DNA of 64,000 bases from Squalus acanthias (taxonomy: Eukaryota): positions 200,942,001 through 201,006,000 of the forward strand of contig CM059427.1 of assembly GCA_030390025.1 (NCBI GenBank). Direction: 5' to 3'. The stretch's first letter is position 1. Every line of letters starts with the position of its first letter. Positions 48,301-59,040 of this stretch are shown here, in pieces. The position numbers and the translations under genes were made by a program. The notes under the pieces are model-generated. The model was given only the letters and a program-made list of their open reading frames with translations, was not told where the DNA came from and ran no database searches.

Positions 48301-51300
48301 GTGGTCAGAGAGATTTGGGTGTCCTCGTGCAAGAAACACAGAAAGCTAGCATGCAGGTACAGCAAGCAATAAGGAAGGCAAATGGCATGTTGGCCTTTAT
48401 TGCCAGTGGGTTGGAGTACAAGAGTAAGAAATCTTGCTACAATTGTAAAGGGCCGTGGTGAGACCACACCTGGAGTACTGTGCACAGTTTTGGTCTCCTT
48501 ATCTAAAGAAGGATATACTTGCCTTGGAGGCGGTGCAATGAAGGTTCACTAGGTTGATTCCTGGGATGAGAGGGCTGTCCTATGATGAGCGATTGTGTAG
48601 AATGGGCCGATACTCTCTGGAGTTTAGAAGAATGAGAGGTGATCTCATTGAAACATACAAGATTCTGAGGGGGTTGACAGGGTAGATGCTGAGAGGTTGT
48701 TTACCCCTGGCTGGAGTGTCTAGAACTACAGGGCGTAGTCTCAGGATAAGGGGTCGGCCATTTAGGACTGAGATGAGGAGGAATTTCTTCACTCAGAGGG
48801 TTGTGAATCTTTGGAATTCTCTGCCCCAAAGGGCTGTGGAGGCTCAGTCTTGGAGTACATTCAAGGCTGAGATCGATAGATTTTTGGACTCTCTGGGAAT
48901 CGAGGGATATGGGGATCGGGTGGGAAAGTGGAGTTGAGGTCGATGATCAGCCATGATCTTATTGAATGGCGGAGCAGACTCGAGGGGCCGTATGGCTGAC
49001 TCCTGCTCTTACTTCTTATGTTCTTATGTTCAAATCTTTAGATACTGACCATGTGATATATTTTTATTTTTAACTCCATTGTTTACAGGACTTTGAATCT
49101 TGGCTCCGCAACTGGCTGCTCTTCCAACTCATGCAGCAGGAGGATAAGAAGACACCGCCAACCAGTGCACCCAAACCCGAGCCCCAACCCAGACCCAGTG
49201 GTACGGATCAGTCATATCATTTAATCTTTCTCTTTCGCGACCATTTTCCTCAACGATTTCCCCCCTCTCTCTCCGCTCTCTAGTGTGATGGCACTAGAGA
49301 GGGTGCAGGGGAGATTTACCAGGATGTTGCCAGGACTGGAGAATTTTAGCAATGAGGAAAGATTGGAGAGGCTGGGGTTGTTCTCCTTGGAACAGAGGAG
49401 GCTGAGGGGAGACTTTATTGAGGTGTATAAAATTATGAGGGGCCTAGATAGAGTGGATCGGAAGGACCTATTCCCCTTAGCAGAGAGGTCAATAACCAGG
49501 GGGCACAGATTTAAAGTAATTGGTAGAAGGATTAGAGGGGAGTTGAGGAGAACTTTTTTCACCCAGAGGATGGTGGGGGTCTGGAACTCACTGCCTGAAA
49601 GGGTGGTAGAGGCAGAAACCCTCATCACATTTTAAAAGCTCTCGGAGGGTTGTCGGGCCGGAGGAGGTTACAGAGATGGGGAGGGGCGAGGTCCTGGTGG
49701 GATTTGAAAGCAATGATAAGAATTTTAAACTCGAGGCGTTACCGGACTGGGAGCCAATGTAGGTCAGCGAGCACGGGGTGGGGGGGTGATGGGTATAGCG
49801 GGCATCAACCCGCTCGCTATCAGTGGTGGGGATTGTATCACCATAATATTTTGATACATGTCTTGAAACAGCCGCATCATTTCTGTCTGCAACAGGGAGA
49901 AGGTCATACGCGAGCATAGCGATGAAGCCAATAATGATGGACCTGCCAATCACATCCGACACATCAAAGGAGACCAAAACCCCCGATGTTGTGCCTGAAG
50001 CAGAGGGTAACTATGGCAACTGCTGCTTAATCTACAGGAAACGCAGGATTGGAAAGGGCCAGCGTGGCCCGCTGGTTGGGAGCCAGTGAATCCGTGAGAC
50101 TAGCACAAGGGCAACACAGATTCAAACTGGTGGAAGGCAAATTTAGGAATGGTGTCATGCAGTTCTTCAACTCACACACGGGTCACCGTGTCCAGAGGAC
50201 ACGGTCTGCGCTTGAAGGGGGGGTGAATTCAAAACTAATCTGTGGGAAACAATATCTCAGTGAGCGAGTGGTCAATCTGTGGAACAGGCTCCCTCGGGAG
50301 ACGGGGGAAGCAGTTAGTGTTGATTCATTCACATGCAAATTAGAGAGATTTCTTTCTGAATATAACATTTTGGGAACCAGTGTCTGAGTAATTGGAGACA
50401 TGCCGTGTGGTGAGTGCAGCGAGCTCGGGAGGAACAGGTGACTTTGGACCTGTGGTTCCCAAAGCTCTCCACCACTGGGGATTTTCCTAACATGTCTGGG
50501 TCTGTGGTCGACTCATTGTTAGAGATTGATCGCCGTGATCAGTCAACAGCTCCATTATTGTTGGAGTGGGGCTTCAAGCCAAAGACATGAGCGAGTACAG
50601 GATAGATTCACCAGAATGCTGCTGGGGATGAGTAAAGGTGATGAAGAGAGACTTGAGATGTTTGGGACCATTTGCACTGGAGAAGAGAAGGCCAAGAGGA
50701 GATTTAGTTGAGGTTTGTAAACTTTTGAAGGGTTTTCGATTAGGTAATTGGTTAGGGGAAAGATTGCTTCCTATTCTTGGGGAGTCAATGACGAGGGAGT
50801 TTCAGAGAAACGTCTACATGCAGAGAATAGCTGGAGTGTGGGAATTTTTGCCACTGGGAGTTGGGGCAGAGACAAATGCATCTTTTAAGGAAAAACTGGG
50901 TAAATATTTGATGCTGAAAATACAGTGCTATAGGGAGAAAGCCTGGCTGTTGGATTTAGGTTGGACTGCTCTCGCAAAGAGGGGACAGACAAGATGGGCT
51001 GAATGGCCCCCTTCTGTGTTTAAAGTTCTATAGCGCTACCATGAGGTTCTACAGGCTCAGAGCCAAGCTGACACCAGTCGACACAAAAGGCTTTGAATCA
51101 TCACTGACAACCATTTGATAATTCAGGAAAGCTAACCAGGTTCTACGCACATGCGCTGCACCAACTGCAAAGAAAGTTAACTTCAGTCACAGGGTCAGCA
51201 TTTTTGCGGGGGGGGTGGGGGGGGGATTATGATTCATTCTTGGGAGGGTGGGCGTCGTTGGCAAGGCTGGCATTCATTTGGCGAAGATGGTGGTGGGTCT

Positions 51301-54300
51301 TCATCTTTGAACCGCTGCACGCCGTGTGATATTTGAGTGTCTCGCTGGGCCACTTCAGAGGGCAGTTAAATCAACCACGCCCTTGGTGTGGGACTGGAGT
51401 CACGTGTAGGCCCAGACCGGGTAAGGACGGCAGGTTTCCTTCCCTAAAGGGGCATCAGTGAACCAGATGGGTTTTTAACGATAATCCGACAGCTTCACGG
51501 TCACTTACACTGAGACCAGCATTTCATTTCCAGATTTTAATTTTAAACTTAAAATATTCAGACTGCTGTGGTGGGATTTGAAGTCACGTTACTGAGATTA
51601 ATCGTCCAAATCTCTGGATTAACAAGTCCAGTAACATAACCACCGCACCGTATTTATGTACCGTATTTAACCTGCGATCCTGCAAACATAAGAAAGCATG
51701 GAGGGAGAAAAGCAAATCAACCATGTTCTTCTCACAGCCCATGTACACTCTCCCCTATCATGGACTCTACCCGCCCATTAAATCTCCTCCCACAGCCCAT
51801 GTGCACTCTCCCCTATCATGGACTCTACCCGCCCATTAAATCTCCTCCCACAGCCCATGTACACTCTCCCCTATCATGGACTCTACCCACCCATTTAATC
51901 TCCTCCCACAGCCCATGTGCACTCTCCCCTATCATGAACTCTACCCACCCATTTAATCTCCTCCCACAGCCCATGTACACTCTCCCCTATCATGGACTCT
52001 ACCCACCCATTTAATCTCCTGAGGAAAAAAAATGAGGTTCTGCATAAAAACTCCCTGATGTCCATCAAGGAAAATTCTAAAATATTAATTCATCACGCAT
52101 TTCCACTGTTCAACACTATGCTTCTGTTAATTTGTTAATCATGGGCCTGAAGAATTGCTGGAAGCTCAGTTGACAAGAGGTCTGAGCGAGGGGAGACTTT
52201 GACCCAGTGTTTGGGTTCCATTTTATCCCGGAGGTATGAGACTGCACCCTCGCCCAGTCTCCACGTTGACCAATTCAAGACTGCTCTGCTCACTCCGTGG
52301 AGGGCTACAATCCGAAGGAATGGCTCACTCAAGGAAAACTATCAGGAATGTTCTAGAATGCTGCACCGAGGAGTGATTCAGTCACAGGTTTGCACCTAAC
52401 AAATGCTCCAAAAGCTCTTAAGTCCTTTGGTATCTCCCTGGAGACTTGCTCGATGTTTCTTTCACTTTTGGCTGTGGATGCTGATGATACAACCTCTCTC
52501 CCCCCGCCCCTCAGAGCATTCCATCACCTTCTTTTACTGGGGAGCCAGGAGTCAGAACAGTTACGAATCCCGGCCCCAGCAACATCTCACAATCACGCGC
52601 GCCTTGAATGGAGACTCGGAGGCATCAAGGTTGACGTGGGGGAAACAACAACAACTTGCATTTATGCAGCGCCTTTAATGTAGTGAAACGTCCCAAGGCG
52701 CTGCACAGGAGCGAATATCAAACAAGATTTGACGCCGAGCCATATAAGGAGATATTAGGACAGGTGACCAAAAGCTTGGTCAAAGAGGTAAGTTTTATGG
52801 AGCGTCTTAAAGGAGGAGAGAGAGGCGGAGAGGTTTAGGGAGGGAATTCCAGGGCTTAGGGCCCCAGGCAGCTGAAGGCACGGCCGGCAATGGTGGAGCG
52901 ATGGAAATCGGGGGATGAGGAAGAGGCCAGAATTGGAGGAGCCCAGAGATCTCGGAGGGTTGTAGAGCTGGAGCTGGTTATGAAGATGGGGGGTGGTGGG
53001 GCGGGGGTTGGAGGGGGGGGTGGGGGGGGGGGTGGTGTGTGGTCAGGGGGAGAGGCCATGGAAGGATTTGAACACAAGGCTGAGAATTTTAAGATGCGGA
53101 AGGCAGGATACAAGCAGAGGACCTTGGCATATGAAGAGCACCATTATGACGTCCATCATTATCTTCCCCTCGTTCAGTGCGCAAGGCGGACACCGACTGT
53201 CAGAGGCGGCACAAGGAGATCAAGGTTGTTCCTGGTACCTACCGCCCCACTTGCGATGAGATGGGCAACTACGAGGCGAAGCAGTGCTGGTCGAGCACGG
53301 GATTCTGCTGGTGCACGTACCTGAATGGAACTGTGGTCCCAGGAACTTCGACTCGTCACCCCTTGACTGGCTGTGAAAGTACGTTTTAGTTTTCTTGATG
53401 TACCTGTCAGAACAAATGTGATTTTAAAAAGTCCTCCCCCTGTCATAGGAACATAGGAACTGGAGGAGGGCATCCAGCCCCTCGAGACAGCTCCATCATT
53501 CAATCAGATCCTGGCTGGTCTCCACCTCAACTCTCTTTTCCCGCCTTTGCTCCATATCCCTGGATACCCTAAACCATAAAAAAAAAATCTATCTCAGGCT
53601 TGAAAGCTCCAGTTGATCCACAGCCTTTTGGGGAGTGAGGGTTCCAGATTTCCACTACCCTTTGTGCAACCTTCCCCCCCGCTAAGGTGCCGCGCATCGA
53701 TAGGGAGGTCCCGCATAGGCTGCTCACCAGCATTTGCCGCTGGAAAGGATACCAAGCACGAAAAAAAATTAGAGGGAGCATTGCCTTTGTGTGAAGAAGT
53801 GCTTCCTGATTCCACTCCTCAACGGGTCTTGCTCTAATTTTAAGACAAGGTCCCCTCGTTCCTGATTCTCTCGACTCCTCCCCCCCACCCCCCCCATCAG
53901 AATAAATAGTTTCTCTGTATTTACCCAATCAAATCATGTTAAACACCTTGTTCAGATCACCCTTCGATAGTCTCTACTCAAGGAAATACAAATTCAGTCG
54001 AGCCCAATGATAGGCTCACACGATGCCCATGCATTAGAACCTTCCAGAAGGGGTCACCCGACAGGAATCAGGAGCAAAAACTCTTGGGGTACTGAGGTGA
54101 ATTATAGCGAACCCCCAAACGCTACCGCAGCCATGGTCAACCGACGCGGCACATTTTGGGGGGTTGGCCTTTAGATTGCTTTGGACTCTCTACTAGAATT
54201 GGATTTTCTTCAACTCTTCAATGTACGTCTTCAGATCTCTGAATTAAATAACCACATACTGAGACCGAAGCTCAATAGGACAGTCGTGTCTACCCATACT

Positions 54301-57256
54301 CCTTAGTATAAGTGAATGCATTCTGTGATCTAGCAAAGCAGATTTGTCTGCAGGGATTCAAGGGTATGAGCCACTGCCCTCTTGCTTTACATTCTATGGA
54401 TTGTGCACACAGCAACCACTTGACACAATAACACTCTGCCCACGAGATGAGGGAGGATGGTTTCACAGGTCAATGCACGACCATAAGAACATCATAAAGC
54501 ATGGAATGAGAAAAGCCTATTAAATCCATTACTCCTACTCTTCCCACAGCCCATGTACACTCTCCCCCATCATGGACTCTACCCACCCATTTAATCTCCC
54601 ACAGCCCATGTACACTCTCCCCTATCATGGACTCTACCCACCCATCTAATCTCCTCCCACAGCCCATGTACACTCTCCCCTATCATGGACTCTACCCAAC
54701 CATTTAATCTCCTCCCACAGCCCATGTACACTCTACCCTATCATGGATTCTACCCACCCATTTAATCTCCTCCCACATCCCATGTACACTCTCCCCTATC
54801 ATGGACTCTACCCACCCATTTAATCTCCTCCCACAGCCCATGTACACTCTACCCTATCATGGATTCTACCCACCCATTTAATCTCCCACAGCCCATGTAC
54901 ACTCTACCCTATCATGGATTCTACCCACCCATTTAATCTCCTCCCACAGCCCATGTACACTCTCCCCTATCATGGACTCTACCCACCCATTTAATCTCCT
55001 CCCACAGCCCATGTACACTCTCCCCTATCATGGACTCTACCCACCCATTTAATCTCCTCCCACAGCCCATGTACACTCTCCCCTATCATGGACTCTACCC
55101 ACCCATTTAATCTCCTCCCACAGCCCATGTACACTCTACCCTATCATGGATTCTACCCACCCATTTAATCTCCCACAGCCCATGTACACTCTACCCTATC
55201 ATGGATTCTACCCACCCATTTAATCTCCTCCCACAGCCCATGTACACTCTCCCCACCCATTTAATCTCCTCCCACAGCCCATGTACACTCTACCCTATCA
55301 TGGACTCTACCCACCCATTTAATCTCCTCCCACAGCCCATGTACACTCTCCCCACCCATTTAATCTCCTCCCACAGCCCATGTACACTCTCCCCTATCAT
55401 GGACTCTACCCAACCATTTAATCTCCTCCCACAGCCCATGTACACTCTACCCACCCATTTAATCTTCACCCACAGCCCATGTACACTCTACCCTATCATG
55501 GACTCTACCCCACCCACTTATGCTAATTCTATATAATTATTCCCTGATCCCCAAAGAGAATCAACTTCAACATATCCAGCCCTCCTCCACTATCAAAGAT
55601 TAATGCATAGTGTATCAGGAATTGGATCTTGCCTACATTAAACTGGATTTTATAGAAGTTTTAATAAATTATCATTCTTATTTACAATGTTAGTCTGTCT
55701 CCCACCTTCAATTATTGTTTCTTTCAATCCTCAGGCCACAGACAAGCAAAAGATCTGAACATTTCTGGTATGGGGGCAAGTAAGTAACCAGTGATTTTTT
55801 TATAAGTTCCTTAAATTACATCGAATGTACAGCACAGAAACAGGCCATTCGGCCCAACTGGTCCGTGCTGGTGTTTATGCTCCACACGAGCCTCCTCCCA
55901 CCCCTCTTCATCATCACCCCATCAACATATCCTTCTATTCCCTTCTCCCTCGTGTGTTTATCTAGCTTCCCCTTAAATGAATCTATACTATTCGCCTCAA
56001 CCACTCCCTGTGGTAGCGAGTTCCACATTCTCACCACTCTCTGGATAAAGAAATTTTTCCTGAATTCCTTATTGGATTTATTAGACCGCCTACTTCCATC
56101 TCCGTAACATCGCCCGTCTTCGCCCCTGCCTCAACTCATCTACTACTGAAACCTTCATCCATGCCTTTGTTACCTCTAGATTCGACTATTCCAATGCTCT
56201 TCTGGCCAGCCTTCCACCTTCCACCCTCCATAGTTGAGGGCATCCAAAACTCTGCTGCCCGTGTCCTAACTCGCACCGAGTCCCGTTCACCCATCACCCC
56301 CTGTGCTCGCTGACCTACATTGGCTCCCGGTCCGGCAACGCCTCGATTTTAAAATTCTCATCCTTGTTTTCAAATCCCTCCATGGCCTCGCCCCTCCCTA
56401 TCTCTGTAACCTCCACCAGCCCCACAACCCCCCTGAGACCTCTGCGCTCCTCCAATTCTGGCCTCTTGCACATCCCCGATTTTAATCGCTCCACCATTGG
56501 TGGCCGCGCCTTCCGCTATCTAGGTCCCAAGCTCTGGAATTCCCTCCCTAAACCTCTCCGCCTCTCTATCCTCTTTTGAGATGCTCCTTAGAACCTACCT
56601 TTTTGACCAAGCTTTTGGTCACCTGTCCTAATATCTCCTTATGTACAAGGCTTGTTGTCAAATTTTGTTTGATTACGCTCCTGTGAAGCCCCCAGCCCCA
56701 ACAGCTTTTGGGGGAGAGAGTTCCAGGTTTCCACTACCCTTTGTGACATCACCCCTGAACGGCCTGGCTCTAATTTTAAGGTTCTGCCCCCTTGTTCTGG
56801 ACTCCCCCCGCCCCACCAGAGGAAATAGTTTCTCTCTATCTAACATCAACTCCTTTAATCATCTTAAACACCTCGATTAGATCACCCCTTAAACTTCTAT
56901 AATTGAGGGAATACAAGCCCAGTCTGTGCAACTTGTCCCCAAAATTTAACCCTTTTAGCCCCAGGAGGGTGGGAGTGCGAAGGAGGGAGGCGGGGGAGCG
57001 GACAGGGAAAGGAATTGTTCTGCTCACTGTAACATTGTAAGTGTGTTCTCCAAAGTTTTACGCTTCGTGTTCGATGGAAATTGCAAGTACAGTCCAAACG
57101 AAATGTCGAAGGCAGTAATCTTCACAAACACACCTTTACAAATTGTGCACACACAGAATGCGGAGGAAACCCAATTCTGAGAAGATTGTTGAAAGAGCAA
57201 AACTTTGGAGGCATTTTTTAAACTGACGTAAACTCTTTTTTTTTGCAGTGATCTAA
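36253..57256 (+). CDS. CD74: CD74 / MHC class II invariant chain (Ii), full spliced gene: join(36253-36347,43716-43885,44779-44861,46552-46605,47497-47592,49089-49200,49896-50006,53178-53378,55735-55779,57249-57256), 324 aa with Tg domain
   Basis: Ten GT-AG exons join in frame (975 nt including TAA). Domain order is cytosolic dileucine tail, type II TM with KCSR..GQ, Met/Pro-rich CLIP, trimerisation domain ([12 protein letters not shown]), thyroglobulin type-1 domain, Ser-Gly tail. Intron phases agree with the vertebrate Ii pattern as I recall it. Confidence 0.96.
38690..39090 (+). mobile_element. CR1 3' fragment (CD74 intron 1)
   Basis: [23 protein letters not shown]. Confidence 0.88.
40833..41775 (+). 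repeat. 26-bp minisatellite (GGCCCCTTGTTGGC[G/A]GATTGACCATT)
   Basis: About 36 units in intron 1. Confidence 0.94.
42389..43486. mobile_element. DNA transposon remnant with AGGGTTGCCAA..TTGGCAACCC ends, interrupted by a DeuSINE (42444-42910)
   Basis: Inverted termini; related copy at about 58500-59240. Confidence 0.6.
43716..43885 (+). CDS. CD74: CD74 exon 2: juxtamembrane Cys and transmembrane segment ([56 protein letters not shown])
   Basis: ttcag acceptor, A|gtacgt donor; KCSR and TM GQ motifs typical of Ii. Confidence 0.95.
44779..44861 (+). CDS. CD74: CD74 exon 3: CLIP region ([28 protein letters not shown])
   Basis: ttcttcag acceptor (phase 1), AAG|gtaatc donor; PKP followed by Met-rich segment as in CLIP. 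Confidence 0.93.
46552..46605 (+). CDS. CD74: CD74 exon 4 ([18 protein letters not shown])
   Basis: ctcacag acceptor, AAG|gtaatg donor, phase 0-0; first trimerisation helix. Confidence 0.92.
46645..47215 (-). mobile_element. CR1 3' fragment (intron 4)
   Basis: [17 protein letters not shown]. Confidence 0.85.
47497..47592 (+). CDS. CD74: CD74 exon 5 ([32 protein letters not shown])
   Basis: 96-nt phase 0-0 exon; F..NL..LK...DWK trimerisation motif; sequons NAT and NNT. Confidence 0.95.
48262..49030 (+). mobile_element. CR1 3' fragment (intron 5)
   Basis: CR1 ORF2 motifs and (ttcttatg)n tail. Confidence 0.88.
49089..49200 (+). CDS. CD74: CD74 exon 6 ([37 protein letters not shown])
   Basis: tttacag acceptor, G|gtacgg donor; FESW..WLLF signature. 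Confidence 0.96.
49283..49635 (+). mobile_element. CR1 fragment (intron 6)
   Basis: ORF 49285-49635. Confidence 0.88.
49896..50006 (+). CDS. CD74: CD74 extra linker exon ([37 protein letters not shown]), contains a second CLIP-like motif
   Basis: tctgcaacag acceptor, G|gtaact donor, 111 nt, phase 1-1, open in the required frame, unique sequence between repeats, similar to exon 3. Confidence 0.85.
51732..52020 (+). repeat. 58-bp minisatellite, about 5 units
   Basis: CTCCTCCCACAGCCCATGTACACTCTCCCCTATCATGGACTCTACCCACCCATTTAAT. Confidence 0.92.
53178..53378 (+). CDS. CD74: CD74 thyroglobulin type-1 domain exon (p41-type, exon 6b equivalent)
   Basis: Six Cys in [35 protein letters not shown]; 201 nt, phase 1-1. 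Confidence 0.96.
53667..53783. mobile_element. hAT-type MITE (related to 8163-8306) inserted in a CR1 fragment
   Basis: 8-bp TSD CCTTTGTG (53659-53666, 53784-53791); right end aaaaaaattagagggagcattg. Confidence 0.75.
54540..55512 (+). repeat. 58-bp minisatellite, about 17-18 units, some shortened
   Basis: Same unit as 51732-52020. Confidence 0.93.
55735..55779 (+). CDS. CD74: CD74 penultimate exon ([15 protein letters not shown])
   Basis: Polypyrimidine tract with tcag acceptor, A|gtaagt donor; Ser-Gly at the position of the Ii chondroitin-sulfate site. Confidence 0.87.
56085..56690 (+). mobile_element. L2 3' fragment
   Basis: [27 protein letters not shown]. Confidence 0.87.
57249..57256 (+). 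CDS. CD74: CD74 last coding exon (M-I-stop) followed by 3' UTR
   Basis: Long T tract with gcag acceptor, phase 1: A|TG ATC TAA; a very short terminal coding segment, as in mammalian Ii. Confidence 0.8.
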
Positions 57257-58339
57257 GAGTGAGGACGGACTCACGCTGGACAAGCACACCCTGACTCGCT
57301 TCGCTCCTCAAATCTTACATTAATTGCAACTACTGATTTTTTTTCATTAACATCGGGTTTGATCGATAACTATTGACAGCTGACCCCCATACCCGGCAGA
57401 TATACTTCCCGCTCCTGTTAAAGATTTATCCTCGGGGTTTTTAAAAAATAAACTGATAAACAAATCGCCCTAATCTTTGACGTCGTTCCCTTTGCGCCCA
57501 GAAGGCAGGACATATTCTTGCCTGGAAATTCCGCAGGGCTGCTCCGATCGCACGCCTGGGCCGGGGTGGGGGGGTCTGGACACGGCCCCGTGCACACCAT
57601 TCCCCCGAGGTTTCTGGTCCGAGACAAAAATCTGAGATTAATAATAGAAAGTGCTGGCAACGCACAGCATCTGAAAGGGGACCAAAATGGTGCAATGGTT
57701 TTGGGGGTTGGGACCCTTGATTGGGGCCTGTTCTGATGATAGGTCCCACCCGTTACGTTAACCTGCTGTTCCCTTTTTAGATTCTGACCCATCCATTAGT
57801 CACGCACGCACACACACACACCGCCCCGACTTGAACCTAAAACCCCCGCTCCTTCATTGACCCTGGGTCAGGACCCTGGAACTCCCTCCCTAACACCACT
57901 GTGGGGGCACCATCACCACACGGACTGCAGCGGCTGCAGAAGAAGGCGGCTCACCACCACCGCCTTAGGGACGGGCAATAAACGCCGCCCTCGCCAGCGA
58001 CGCCCACACTCAGATTCACAAGTAGATATTTTGATTTCAAAGTTGTTCCTTTTCAATTTCATTTCGTATGAAGTAATTTCCCCCCCCCGCCCCCCTCCTC
58101 CATCCCCACACTTTGGGGTTCAGGATATGAGCCCGTTACAGGAGAATCAGTTTATATTCCCCGGGATATACTTCACCCCACATTACAGAAATGTTATACC
58201 GATATGACTGGTTATTGATCACTTTGTTTTAAGCTCGTATTGCCTATAATTAACTCGTTAAACAATAATATCGCTTCTTGATCTCCTTAATCGTTACTCA
58301 ATGGTGATTGCTAACTGTAGCTGGGGAAAATGATTTTGC

Positions 58340-58345
58340 AATAAA
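58340..58345 (+). terminator. Probable CD74 polyadenylation signal (an alternative AATAAA at 57447-57452)
   Basis: AATAAA followed by a GT/T-rich downstream element (gtggttttgttttg). Confidence 0.5.
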
Positions 58346-58609
58346 GGGAGGGGATGTTATTCTCGTGGTTTTGTTTTGCACGATAGGAGCACCTGTATCT
58401 GGCTGACAGAAAAATAAAAGGTCAAGTGACTGCCCAGTTCATGGGGCCTAGCAACTGGGGCTTGGTTTTAGCGGTGAATGGGGCAGTTCTGGTGTACAGG
58501 CGCCACAACCCTCCAGGACTGCCCTGGAGTTTCCAGGAATTGAAGATTAATAAACCCAGGAGAAAAATCATAGGCTCATTTAAAAAAAAGTTCTGTGTGA
58601 CCTTTTTGG

Positions 58610-59040
58610 GAGCAGTAGTAGGCCATTTGGCCCCTCGAGCCTGCTCCACCATTCAATAAGATCATGGCTGATCTTCGACCTCAACTCCACTTTCCTGCTC
58701 TATCCCCATATCCCTTGCTTCCCCGAGAGTCCAAAAATCTATCGATCTCAGCCTTGAATATACTCAACGACTGAGCCTCCACAGCCCTCTCGGGTAGAGA
58801 ATTCCAAAGATTCACCACCCTCTGAGTGAAGAAATTCCTCCTCATCTCAGTCCTAAATGGCCGACCCCTTATCCTGAGACTGTGACCCCCCCCCCCCACC
58901 CCTAGTTCTAGACTCTCCAGCCAGAGGGAAACATCCTCCGTGCATCTACCCTGTCAATGCCCCTCGGAATCTTATATTCTTCAATGAGATCACCTCTCAT
59001 TCATTCTAAACTCCAGAGAGTATAGGCCCAATCCACTCAA
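58610..59040 (-). mobile_element. CR1 3' fragment
   Basis: ORF 58681-58899. Confidence 0.85.
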
